From Dehalococcoidia bacterium (GTDB lineage Bacteria; Chloroflexota; Dehalococcoidia; Lucifugimonadales; CBDFII01), in the NCBI GenBank assembly GCA_965248115.1, contig CBDFII010000005.1, positions 341,197 to 405,196 on the forward strand: a stretch of 64,000 nt of DNA. Reading direction: 5' to 3'. Positions 16,669 through 25,645 of this stretch are shown one piece after another; the first letter of the stretch is position 1; each line of letters begins with the position of its first letter. The notes beneath the pieces were generated by a model that saw only the letters and a program-made list of their open reading frames with translations, was not told the DNA's origin and ran no database searches. Made by a program: the position numbers and the translations under genes.

Positions 16669-18891
16669 CTACTCCTTCTTGGCCTCGTCAATCGCTGACT
16701 GAATCCTAATCTTCAATCCACCCAGCAAGTTCTCCATAGGTCGATTAATACGCATGTAATCGTCCACTACCTGGAGTGCACCATCGAAATCTCCCTCCAA
16801 CAGCTTCTGGTTTGCCACTAATTGATGTACCCAGGCGTGCTGGGGCCCAAATTTCTGAGCTTCTGTTACGTACCCCCGTGCTACCTCGACATAAGCGGGA
16901 TCAAGCTGAGCAGCGAGCTGGTAGATTTTTGCCAGATCAGTATATAGTTTGGGGTTTTTGGGCTCACTTTGAATGGCCCTCTCACCCTCCTTAATGGCTA
17001 GATCTTGAGCACCGATCTTTTCCTCCCTGGTAAGGCTTTCCCAAAGGATCCCTGTGTTTGAGAGTGTCAACCTTCTGGGGAAGGTGGCTAGAGGTGGAAA
17101 GGTATCGATGGCTTCTTTGCTGTGAGCTAAAAGGCTGTCTAGGCTTTCCGCTCGCGTTGCAAGGGATTTAACGCCCTCGCCGGCGCGAAAGGCCCTATAA
17201 TTCAAGAAATAGAGACTGAGTACCATCAATACCAAAAGAATCGTAGAAGCAAGAGCGATGAACACCTCCGTTTGGGTGGATGTCCTCTGAGCACCTGGGA
17301 ACAGTTTCCAAACTGCAGCTCTTAGCTTCCGCCACAAAAAGGAAGCGAAGGGTTCGACAGCAGGCTCCTCACGCGCCCTAGGTCGAGAGGCTTGTATATA
17401 ACCGCGCTCCTCAATAGATCTTGCCGCAGGTGTTGCCGCTCCTAAGACTTGGTGGCTCCCCTCAGCAGATAAGCCTGCCTCCCCAGGGTCCCGCTCCAAA
17501 CTTATGACCCATCCCATCAAGAGGACGAGAACTAACATGGTAACCTGGGTATCGAACCAGAAAAGGTTGGCAGCAAAGTATCCTACAAGGCCACCTCCGA
17601 TAAAGAGCGCCATCAGCTGGTCTTGCTCACCCTGTCTCACTCTACGGAAGATCACCCAGAAGATGGCCCCCCACAGAAGGAGATAACTGATAAGGCCCAA
17701 TAGCCCCTTGGTAGTCAATTCCTCCACCACTTTGTTGTGGGCCTGGTCAAAATCTACAATGCGCCAGGGTACATCCTGGGGCCGGACGTATCGATGGTAC
17801 ACCACGGTGTAATTCTCCGGCCCCCAGCCTAAGATGGGGCGTACGCTAAATCCCTCGACACCAGGACGGGCCACCGTAAACCGTTTGCCTATGGCCTCAC
17901 TAAATGTAATGCCGCTCAACTTACCTATCAATGGATTTGAGGTAGCCAGTCCCTTTAGGGCTCCTTTTTCGGTGGCCAGCGACAGAGCTACCGTCACCAC
18001 AAGCACAGCTGCCGCAAGTCCACCTGCAGCAAGCCTCAGGTCTCTCCTCTTGCCCCATAGGACATATCCCACCGCTATCACAAGAAGACCAGCAACTAGG
18101 CCCACCAGAGCGGCTCTGGTCGCAGAAAGGATAATTATCCAAAAGTCAAGAGCGGCGCAAAAAATCCAGAACGTCCGCCACCACCAGGTCCAGCTTAGTT
18201 CGCGGCGCATCTCACGCCTCAGATCCCGATATCTCCGTCCCGTCAACACCGTATATGTGCGGAAAGAGTGACTGAGAAGGGCAAGGGCAAGCAGGAAGTT
18301 GACCAGCATGTAGATGCCAACATAGCCCGGATTGCCTATGGTGATCTCTAAACGGTCCGAGGGTTGCGTATTGAAGAAGATCGGAATGTTGTAGCGCTGG
18401 GCCAACCTCGTTAGTTCATCCAGAAAGCCGAGCCCTATCTGATAATGCTGGGCCAACCCCAGCAGGCCCACTAGAACACTCACTACCAGGGCCCCATTAA
18501 ACACCAGCCGCCAGTGGAACTGGCTTCTAAACACCGCGCTCAGCACTACAGCCAGAGCGAACCAGTGGGCCAGATCGAATATGCCTTGCATCCGTTCGTA
18601 GTTGGACCACATGCTGCGCTGAAAGCTAACTCCAAACAGGCCAGCCAGTAAAACCACCGCCATATAGATTGCGAAAGCCGACAGAATCACAGAGCGAGAA
18701 GGGCGGTATTGAGGGTACCTCAGAGCCAGGATCAGCCACAAAGTGAAAACAACCTCGATAATCCCCCGTAAATAGAGCGCCTTCCCCACCACAAAGGGGA
18801 AAACGGTGCTGGGAGTGACGATCAGGGGCATTAGCAGTAGCAGTAAAATGCCCCCACGAATTGCTATCAGCAGACCTGCCTGCATGGACAT
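16669..18891 (-). CDS. O-antigen-ligase/Wzy_C-like polytopic membrane protein fused to C-terminal TPR domain (paralog)
   Basis: Same architecture as 10773..13238: many TM helices, an ILSATRAALVGL Wzy_C-like segment and a C-terminal TPR-like region (SEPKNPKLYTDLAKIYQLAAQLDPAYVEVARGYVTEAQKF). Confidence 0.7.
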   Translation of the reverse strand: MSMQAGLLIAIRGGILLLLLMPLIVTPSTVFPFVVGKALYLRGIIEVVFTLWLILALRYPQYRPSRSVILSAFAIYMAVVLLAGLFGVSFQRSMWSNYERMQGIFDLAHWFALAVVLSAVFRSQFHWRLVFNGALVVSVLVGLLGLAQHYQIGLGFLDELTRLAQRYNIPIFFNTQPSDRLEITIGNPGYVGIYMLVNFLLALALLSHSFRTYTVLTGRRYRDLRREMRRELSWTWWWRTFWIFCAALDFWIIILSATRAALVGLVAGLLVIAVGYVLWGKRRDLRLAAGGLAAAVLVVTVALSLATEKGALKGLATSNPLIGKLSGITFSEAIGKRFTVARPGVEGFSVRPILGWGPENYTVVYHRYVRPQDVPWRIVDFDQAHNKVVEELTTKGLLGLISYLLLWGAIFWVIFRRVRQGEQDQLMALFIGGGLVGYFAANLFWFDTQVTMLVLVLLMGWVISLERDPGEAGLSAEGSHQVLGAATPAARSIEERGYIQASRPRAREEPAVEPFASFLWRKLRAAVWKLFPGAQRTSTQTEVFIALASTILLVLMVLSLYFLNYRAFRAGEGVKSLATRAESLDSLLAHSKEAIDTFPPLATFPRRLTLSNTGILWESLTREEKIGAQDLAIKEGERAIQSEPKNPKLYTDLAKIYQLAAQLDPAYVEVARGYVTEAQKFGPQHAWVHQLVANQKLLEGDFDGALQVVDDYMRINRPMENLLGGLKIRIQSAIDEAKKE

Positions 18892-19265
18892 AGTTTACTC
18901 CGGCCCGGAGCCCGAGGGTACCCCTTTGTGCCGGTTTCTAGTATGAGGTTATTGGTCGTCCTATGGTGGATGCTAAGATGCCCTTTTAGATCAGGCGGAT
19001 AGAAGGTTTTGTTCAATCTGCAAATGCCAATGGCGTAATGCCAAGCGTCAAGCTCCATTTTTACAGCTAAATTCACCCATATGCAGGTTGTGCTCACGTC
19101 CTCTTAGAGCCCAGAATTAGTCCAGAGAGGCGAGTTGGTTTGAAGAGGACGAGCTTATGTCGAAAGGGATACAGTCTGGGCCTCGGCCAAAAGCGCTCAG
19201 GATAATATTGCCGAGTCTTGCCGACCAGAGCGCAAGGCTAGAATTCGTCCCTCAAGTGAACGGGT

Positions 19266-20780
19266 ATGCTCTTCAGTTCATTTGAATTCATCTTAGGCTT
19301 CCTCCCAATTACGTTAGTCGTTTTCTATTTTGCCAGGCGGTTTGGGGGAGCGCGTCTCGCATTGGGGTGGCTAACAGCGGCATCGCTTTTCTTTTACGGG
19401 TGGTGGAACCCGGTGTACCTAGTCCTATTAGGGGGATCGATTGGATTTAACTACATCTTTGGGTATTTGCTTTCTAGGTCTGGTTCGAGCCGCCTACTAC
19501 TTGCGGTGGGAGTTGGCGCAAACCTCGCACTACTGGGATATTTCAAGTACGCTGGCTTCCTAACAGGAAGCTTGGAGGCCGCATTCGAAGGTGTCCCAAG
19601 AGTAGAGGGAATCGTGTTACCTCTTGCGATCTCCTTTTTCACATTTCAGCAAATTGCCTTCCTAATAGATGCATACAAAGACCGAATCGTAGTAACAGAC
19701 CCCCTCCGCTACTGCCTGTTTGTGAGCTTTTTCCCCCAGCTTATAGCCGGTCCAATTGTATACCACAAAGAAGTGCTCCCACAGTACATGTCAAACAGGC
19801 TGGGCAACCTGACGGCGCAAAATATAGCCGTTGGTGGAACAATCTTCATCCTGGGTCTAGGGAAGAAGGTTCTTCTAGCCGATCATTTAGGCAACTCTGC
19901 CGACCTAGTGTTCTTTGCTGCTGCCAGTGGTGAAGCGCTCACCATTCTGGAGGCCTGGGGTGGTGTGCTTTCATACACATTCCAGATATATTTCGACTTC
20001 TCGGCCTACTCAGATATGGCAATTGGCCTAGCTGCCATGTTAGGTATTAGGCTCCCTATCAACTTTAACTCACCCTACAAAGCGGGCAGCATTATAGAAT
20101 TCTGGCGTCGGTGGCACATGACTCTCTCTCGATTTCTACGGAATTATCTTTACATCTCATTAGGTGGCAATCGGAAGGGAGAGGCAAGGCGATACATGAA
20201 TTTGATGGTCGTAATGCTATTGGGAGGGCTGTGGCATGGCGCAGGCTGGACCTTCGTCGCCTGGGGTGGCCTGCATGGCATCTTCCTGGTTACCAATCAC
20301 ATGTGGGTCAAATTACGTAAACGATACAGGAACTACCTAGCCTTGTCTCCCTTTACAGCTCACATTCTCACCCTATTCGTAGTGATGGTGGACTGGGTAT
20401 TCTTCCGGGCGGACAGCTTCAATTCGGCATTTTATGTATTAGCGAGCATGAGCGGCTTGAATGGTACAGTTCTGCCCTTTCACTTACGTCCAGAGGGCGT
20501 ACATTATGTCCCAATGCCATTCTTTGAGCTATGGTATAGTGTTCCGCTGCTGGGGCTAGCAGCATTTATTGCGCTTGTGCTACCCAACGTTCAAGAGATT
20601 ATGGGACGGTTATCCCCTTCGATTGAGAGGCTGCCCCCCTACAAAGGCTGGCTAGCAACGTCGTTGTTATGGCGCCCAAACCTCCGTTGGTCTATGGCTA
20701 CTACATTGATCACTGCGGCTGCGCTTTTCATCATATTCAACAAAGTCGGACGACATGAGTTCATTTACTTCCAGTTTTAG
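19266..20780 (+). CDS. MBOAT family membrane-bound O-acyltransferase (AlgI/DltB/PatA-like)
   Basis: EFWRRWHMTLSRFLRNYLYISLGGNRKG and LGGLWHGAGWTF motifs. Polytopic. Confidence 0.85.
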   Translation: MLFSSFEFILGFLPITLVVFYFARRFGGARLALGWLTAASLFFYGWWNPVYLVLLGGSIGFNYIFGYLLSRSGSSRLLLAVGVGANLALLGYFKYAGFLTGSLEAAFEGVPRVEGIVLPLAISFFTFQQIAFLIDAYKDRIVVTDPLRYCLFVSFFPQLIAGPIVYHKEVLPQYMSNRLGNLTAQNIAVGGTIFILGLGKKVLLADHLGNSADLVFFAAASGEALTILEAWGGVLSYTFQIYFDFSAYSDMAIGLAAMLGIRLPINFNSPYKAGSIIEFWRRWHMTLSRFLRNYLYISLGGNRKGEARRYMNLMVVMLLGGLWHGAGWTFVAWGGLHGIFLVTNHMWVKLRKRYRNYLALSPFTAHILTLFVVMVDWVFFRADSFNSAFYVLASMSGLNGTVLPFHLRPEGVHYVPMPFFELWYSVPLLGLAAFIALVLPNVQEIMGRLSPSIERLPPYKGWLATSLLWRPNLRWSMATTLITAAALFIIFNKVGRHEFIYFQF

Positions 20781-21672
20781 GGGTTACACACTAACAGTCC
20801 TTCTGGGTGTGGCACTACTGTCGATATCGTTCTTAGCATCAACCGAGTTACTGATCCGCACCAAGATAATTCCGAAGGATGCTTTCAGTTGGCACTTAGA
20901 TCTATTTCACTCGGGCAATTCCACGAACGTGGTTTTCGGTGATTCGGAGAGTTCCCTGGGAGTTCACGGCTTACCGGGTTTCCTAAACCTTTCATACCCA
21001 AGTGATACCCTTCCCATAATTGAAGTGAAAGTGCGTCGCTATTTTGCCGACAAGAAGCCCGGCAAAGTTGTTCTAGCGACTGGTCCCCACCAGTTCGCGC
21101 CCTACAGAGACGACCACCCCCGGCTCAATACTGCTAGGCTATTTGCCTCCAATAGGGCGCCTTACTTGTGGATGTTTACAGAAATGCATAGGGGAAATGT
21201 TATCAACTATTGGAAGCTATTCTTCCAAAGGGCCCCCATTCAGAGTAAATACACATTCCAGAAGGACGGAGCACTCACCCAGGAGGATGGTTGGATGGCA
21301 CTATCCGAGGGGCAACGGCTCCATATGGCTAAGAAGCGGGTTGTAGTCCAAAAGCCTAAACAGGTGCCCTCGGCGACGAGAAGCGCAGGCTCTTATAAAA
21401 GTGCCCTCGCATTTCTCACAGCAGAGGGAGCAGACGTGTGCGTGGTGAGTATGCCGATTTCATCACTATATCGAAGCTTAACCGCACGCCTTCCGGAGCT
21501 GGAGGAGGCTAGAGCCTTCTTCCAGTCACTTGCCTTCGAGTATGGAGTCAATTACGTGGATATGTCCACCGTAATTAAAGACGATGCTCTTTTCTTGGAC
21601 GCGGACCACCTAAACGAGCGTGGTGCTTTGGAGTTCGCCCCCTTATTAGAATCAGCCTGTTTTGGCCCTTGA
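20755..21672 (+). CDS. SGNH/DltD-like partner of the MBOAT (membrane-anchored)
   Basis: N-terminal TM helix, block-I-like FGDSES, C-terminal DADHLN (DxxH). Overlaps the MBOAT 3' end by 26 nt. Confidence 0.55.
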   Translation: MSSFTSSFRGYTLTVLLGVALLSISFLASTELLIRTKIIPKDAFSWHLDLFHSGNSTNVVFGDSESSLGVHGLPGFLNLSYPSDTLPIIEVKVRRYFADKKPGKVVLATGPHQFAPYRDDHPRLNTARLFASNRAPYLWMFTEMHRGNVINYWKLFFQRAPIQSKYTFQKDGALTQEDGWMALSEGQRLHMAKKRVVVQKPKQVPSATRSAGSYKSALAFLTAEGADVCVVSMPISSLYRSLTARLPELEEARAFFQSLAFEYGVNYVDMSTVIKDDALFLDADHLNERGALEFAPLLESACFGP

Positions 21673-21927
21673 CCCAGATGATGTAGCGACAGTCAGGATG
21701 GCGACCTTCCCAAATCGCCCTTTGCTCCTTCAGGAAATCGGACGAATGTGCTGGCCCGAACCTAAAGAGCAGGTCGCCTGTTCTTTAAGCAGCTACTTCA
21801 AGGGGTACATGTACCCCCACCCAAGCTCGTTCGATTCTACCTTGAAGCCGCATTAGCTTGCCAGTCTGAGCCTGTTAAATGGTCTCTCTACCGACAGCTT
21901 TATTCACAAGAAACCTGGGTCTATCCC

Positions 21928-21956
21928 TTGACACTTGGAAGTTGCGGCATTAGAAT
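21928..21956 (+). promoter_or_regulatory. near-consensus sigma70 promoter (TTGACA-N17-TAGAAT)
   Basis: Hexamers at 21928..21933 and 21951..21956. The ATG at 21964 lies 8 nt after the -10 with no SD, i.e. positioned for a leaderless transcript. Confidence 0.55.
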
Positions 21957-21963
21957 TTTGGGT

Positions 21964-22605
21964 ATGCGTTCAAGGAATGAACATAAAGACAGTCTCGATG
22001 GCGCCTCCTACCGGGAACTGCATCTTCTCTCTGAGGTGCAGAACCGCCCCGAGACGAGCCAAAGGGACCTGGCGCGACGGTTGGGCATCGCTTTGGGGAT
22101 GACGAATCTGTTGCTGCACAACCTGGCGCAGAAGGGGTACGTGCGTATCACCCGGGCAGGCTGGCGGCGTTGGTTATACGCCCTGACTCCTAGGGGATTG
22201 TCACGGAAAATTCATCTGACAGTGGCTTACATCCAGCGCTTCCTCGACCACTATCAGAAAGCACGCCAGACGCTGCGCGGGGAATTGGAACTAGTATCAT
22301 TGAACGCTGAGTCCCGTGTAGCCATCTACGGAACGGGTGAGTTCGCAGAGTTAGTATATCTGGGTCTCAAAGAGTTAGGAATTGATGAGATAGACGTCTT
22401 CGCCCCAGGGAACCCCGACGGTAGCCGATTTCTGGGCATGCCAGTACGGGAGGTGACTGCATTCCAGAAAGAGCAGTATGACCGCGTGGTCGTCGCCTAC
22501 CTCGGGGATGCTGAAGCGCGATCCGGAGAGCTCCTAGGCCTCGGCGTGCCTCCAGAGAAGCTGGTCACCTTCTTTACCGAGTTGAAAACCCCCTTAGTCA
22601 AATGA
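21964..22605 (+). CDS. MarR-family EPS-associated winged-helix regulator fused to a Rossmann-like C-terminal domain
   Basis: The segment SQRDLARRLGIALGMTNLLLHNLAQKGYV matches the EPS-associated MarR pattern. The C-terminal segment RVAIYGTGEFAELVYLGLKELG...FLGMPV...YDRVVVA resembles the CoA-binding-like N-terminal region of sugar transferases. The ORF-track TTG start at 21928 coincides with the -35 box, so ATG 21964 is preferred. Confidence 0.65.
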   Translation: MRSRNEHKDSLDGASYRELHLLSEVQNRPETSQRDLARRLGIALGMTNLLLHNLAQKGYVRITRAGWRRWLYALTPRGLSRKIHLTVAYIQRFLDHYQKARQTLRGELELVSLNAESRVAIYGTGEFAELVYLGLKELGIDEIDVFAPGNPDGSRFLGMPVREVTAFQKEQYDRVVVAYLGDAEARSGELLGLGVPPEKLVTFFTELKTPLVK

Positions 22606-22825
22606 ACCTGGCATTACGAAAGATAACGCGGGAGGATGGGAGAAACCTTTGGAAGCATATCATCCCCTAAGAGGCAGTCTGGTCATCCATGATGATGCAT
22701 CTCCTTGGAATCCTGTCATTGTCCTGCCCCACAGGACAAAGTATACGATGGCTGCTCAATTGCCCTTGGAAGGGGTTTTGCATGTTTAAGGTTAAATCTC
22801 TGGTAAGCGGAGGTAACATTACTTA

Positions 22826-23440
22826 ATGACCCGCCGGTGGTATGCCGCCCGCACCAAGCCTCTAAAGGAATACACCTCCAAGGACCGGCTAGAGGGGGAG
22901 GGCTTTGAGGTCTTCTTGCCCTGCGTTAAGACCCTCCGCCCACGACGAGGACGTCGAGATATTCCCCTGTTCTCCAGCTATCTCTTCCTGCGCTGCGACC
23001 TGGAGGGGCAGGACGGGGGCCCGATGCGCGGGCTTCCCGATTTTGTACGATTAGTGGGGTTCGGGGGGATAGTGCCTCCAGTGCCCGATGAGGTAATCGG
23101 AGAGCTGACGCGGCGTGTAGAGGCAGTCAATGGAGCTGGTGGTCTATGGACCCGATTCCGACCCGGTGATACAGTTAGGGTGGCTTTGGGCCCAATCGAT
23201 AGCTTAGGCGAGGTTGTTGCGGAGTCAAAGTCACGGCGTGCTCGCGTGCGAGTGCTCCTAGACTTCCTGGGCCGCCAGGTGTATGCCGAGGTTCCTAGGC
23301 CAGGCCTGCAAGCGATGCCAGACAGTGGGCTGCAGGGAAACAGCTCCCACCGATTTTCTCGTCGAACAAGAGGAAGAGGACGGTGGATTCGGGGCTATCA
23401 CTCTCAAAATCCGAATAGTTCCTCCCGCCCCTCCCCATGA
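22826..23440 (+). CDS. NusG/RfaH-like specialised transcription antiterminator paralog
   Basis: NGN domain (RRWYAARTKP...FEVFLPC...PLFSSYLFLRC), KOW-like FRPGDTVRVALGPIDSLGEVV, then an Arg/Ser-rich tail of about 40 aa. Confidence 0.7.
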   Translation: MTRRWYAARTKPLKEYTSKDRLEGEGFEVFLPCVKTLRPRRGRRDIPLFSSYLFLRCDLEGQDGGPMRGLPDFVRLVGFGGIVPPVPDEVIGELTRRVEAVNGAGGLWTRFRPGDTVRVALGPIDSLGEVVAESKSRRARVRVLLDFLGRQVYAEVPRPGLQAMPDSGLQGNSSHRFSRRTRGRGRWIRGYHSQNPNSSSRPSP

Positions 23441-23498
23441 TCTACAAATAGGGCCTCCTTCGTCGTAGCCGCTGCTCCGAGGATGTCCTGAATAACGC

Positions 23499-24143
23499 TT
23501 GTCCACGCCCAGCTATGTCTGGGAAGGCGAAGCTATAAGTCTTTCTAACCTGTACCTTGCAGAGTGCGGGCTCCCTAATATGTTTAGAGGTTTTCCTGCA
23601 TTTGCACTCTATAATCGTCAAGCCAATGCCAACATTCATCATCTGAGGTGCTTCTTGCGACCAAGATCACATCTTGCTCTCTCCACCGCTGCCGGTGGCG
23701 GCTTATGGGCTGCCACGGGGGAGCCTTGGGCTCTCCCCGTGACGGTGGCGGCGGGTGTTCTGGTGGATGTGGACCATGCGCCAGACCTATGGTGGACCCT
23801 TGCTTTAGGCCGCAAACCCGTTGCCACCTTCCTTCTCCACGGCTGGGAGTGGGTGGTGGGGTTGGTAGCCTTGGGCATGTGGACGGGTTTTCCGTGGTGG
23901 CACCTAGCGGTAGTTGTAGGATACAGCCTGCACGTGACAACAGACCACCTGGCCAACCGAGGAGGAATGTGGAGTTACTCCCTGATCTACCGCGCCCGTC
24001 ATGGATTCCAGGTAGCAAAGCTAGCGCCTCACTGGGACTTTGACCACGCCTATGATATGTTGAGGAGAGAAGTCCCTCCCGCGGCCATGCTAATAAAGTG
24101 GTGGAAAGACAGGGCTTTTACTCGAAGCAGGATTAAGCCATAG
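23499..24143 (+). CDS. membrane-bound metal-dependent hydrolase-like protein (DUF457/YdjM-like); start uncertain
   Basis: TM helices with SHLAL, VDVDHAPD and HVTTDH motifs. Plausible starts are ATG 23580 or TTG 23655 (GAGGTG upstream). Confidence 0.45.
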   Translation: MSTPSYVWEGEAISLSNLYLAECGLPNMFRGFPAFALYNRQANANIHHLRCFLRPRSHLALSTAAGGGLWAATGEPWALPVTVAAGVLVDVDHAPDLWWTLALGRKPVATFLLHGWEWVVGLVALGMWTGFPWWHLAVVVGYSLHVTTDHLANRGGMWSYSLIYRARHGFQVAKLAPHWDFDHAYDMLRREVPPAAMLIKWWKDRAFTRSRIKP

Positions 24144-24155
24144 GGATGAAACTAT

Positions 24156-25520
24156 ATGTCAAAAGGAAATACAATTAAGATAGGAGTTTTCGGGCTTGGT
24201 CATGTAGGGTTACCTACTGCTCTGGGATTGGCCGAGTTGGGCTGGCAGGTGATAGGGGTAGATGACGATAACACAAAGGTCCAGCAGCTCCTTCGAGGGG
24301 AGTCGCTCTTTTATGAGCCGGGCCTTGAGGAACTGCTTAAGAAGCATCTTCATTCAGGGCGTTTTCGGGTAGCTTCTGATGTATCGGAAGCTGTGTACCA
24401 GAGTGAGGTACTCTTTGTATGCGTGGGCACTCCATTAAGGTCGGATGGCCAGCCGGATCTCTCTCAGGTTGAGGACGTGGCCCAGACCATTGCTCGCAAC
24501 CTGAACGGCTACAAGCTGATCGTGGAGAAGAGCACCACACCTGTCCAAACGGCGGAACAGCTCAAGCGCACCATCGCCCGCTATTCCAACGGAGACCACG
24601 AGTTTGACGTAGCAGTGAATCCTGAGTTCTTGAGAGAAGGAACCGCTCTTTACGACTTTTTAAATCCTGAGCGACTGGTGCTGGGGGTGGCATCCGAACG
24701 GGCCCGTGCAATCTTGCTGAAGGTATATCAACCCCTCCTTGAGCGCTCGCCATCAAGTTCCACAACCCAACCTTCTAGCTCCAACTCCCGACTCCTCATC
24801 ACGGATGTCAACACCGCCGAACTTATCAAGCACGCGGCTAACGCCTTCCTGGCAATGAAGATCTCCTTCATCAACTTGGTGGCCGACCTATGTGAGGCCA
24901 CTGAAGCCGATGTGACAGAGGTGGCTACAGGGCTGGGGATGGACCCCCGGATTGGCGCTGCCTTCCTGCAGGCCGGCATTGGATACGGGGGATACTGTCT
25001 GCCCAAAGACCTCCGGGCATTCATCCGCATCGGAGAGCAGTATGGAGTGGATGTCGCCCTTCTCGACGCTGTGGATCGGATCAATGAGGGGCGCATCGAC
25101 AGATTGCTCCAGAAGATACGACAAGCCCTGTGGGTGATTCGAGGGAAAACGATTGGCATCCTTGGGCTGGCCTTCAAGCCAGGGACGGACGACGTACGAG
25201 AGGCTCCCAGCCTGAAGGTGATCTCCAGGCTCCTGGAAGAGGGAGCGCTGGTGCAGCTCCACGATCCTCGAGCCGGGGACAACGTGAGGAGTATCTTCCC
25301 TGAGGCAAAAGGGCAGGTGCAATTCTCAGCCTCCCCTTACGACGCAGCCAGAGGCGCCCACGCTCTGCTACTGCTGACCGAATGGGAGGAATACAAGGCT
25401 CTTGATCTCGAGGAGATCCACCGCGCGATGGAGGTGCCTATTCTCCTGGATGGCCGGAACCTCTTTGACCCTAAAGCAATGCGGACGTTGGGGTTTGAGT
25501 ACCATGGGACGGGCAGATAA
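24156..25520 (+). CDS. ugd: UDP-glucose 6-dehydrogenase
   Basis: IGVFGLGHVGLPTALGLAELG NAD fold, catalytic GIGYGGYCLPKD. 454 aa. Confidence 0.85.
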   Translation: MSKGNTIKIGVFGLGHVGLPTALGLAELGWQVIGVDDDNTKVQQLLRGESLFYEPGLEELLKKHLHSGRFRVASDVSEAVYQSEVLFVCVGTPLRSDGQPDLSQVEDVAQTIARNLNGYKLIVEKSTTPVQTAEQLKRTIARYSNGDHEFDVAVNPEFLREGTALYDFLNPERLVLGVASERARAILLKVYQPLLERSPSSSTTQPSSSNSRLLITDVNTAELIKHAANAFLAMKISFINLVADLCEATEADVTEVATGLGMDPRIGAAFLQAGIGYGGYCLPKDLRAFIRIGEQYGVDVALLDAVDRINEGRIDRLLQKIRQALWVIRGKTIGILGLAFKPGTDDVREAPSLKVISRLLEEGALVQLHDPRAGDNVRSIFPEAKGQVQFSASPYDAARGAHALLLLTEWEEYKALDLEEIHRAMEVPILLDGRNLFDPKAMRTLGFEYHGTGR

Positions 25521-25645
25521 AGGAGTTGTTCGACAGTCAGAACGCTGGAATCACAATGGATGTGAGATGGATCTTCCGAGGATCACGCACCAAATTAGCA
25601 AGAGCGTCTTTGCCAAGTAGAGGTAGAGGCTGACCGTTACGAAGC

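Noticed and set aside
23610-23615. Perfect TATAAT about 40 nt upstream of the TTG 23655 candidate start of the DUF457-like gene.
   Set aside because: There is no acceptable -35 hexamer or extended -10 TG at the right spacing. This cannot be called a promoter from sequence alone.
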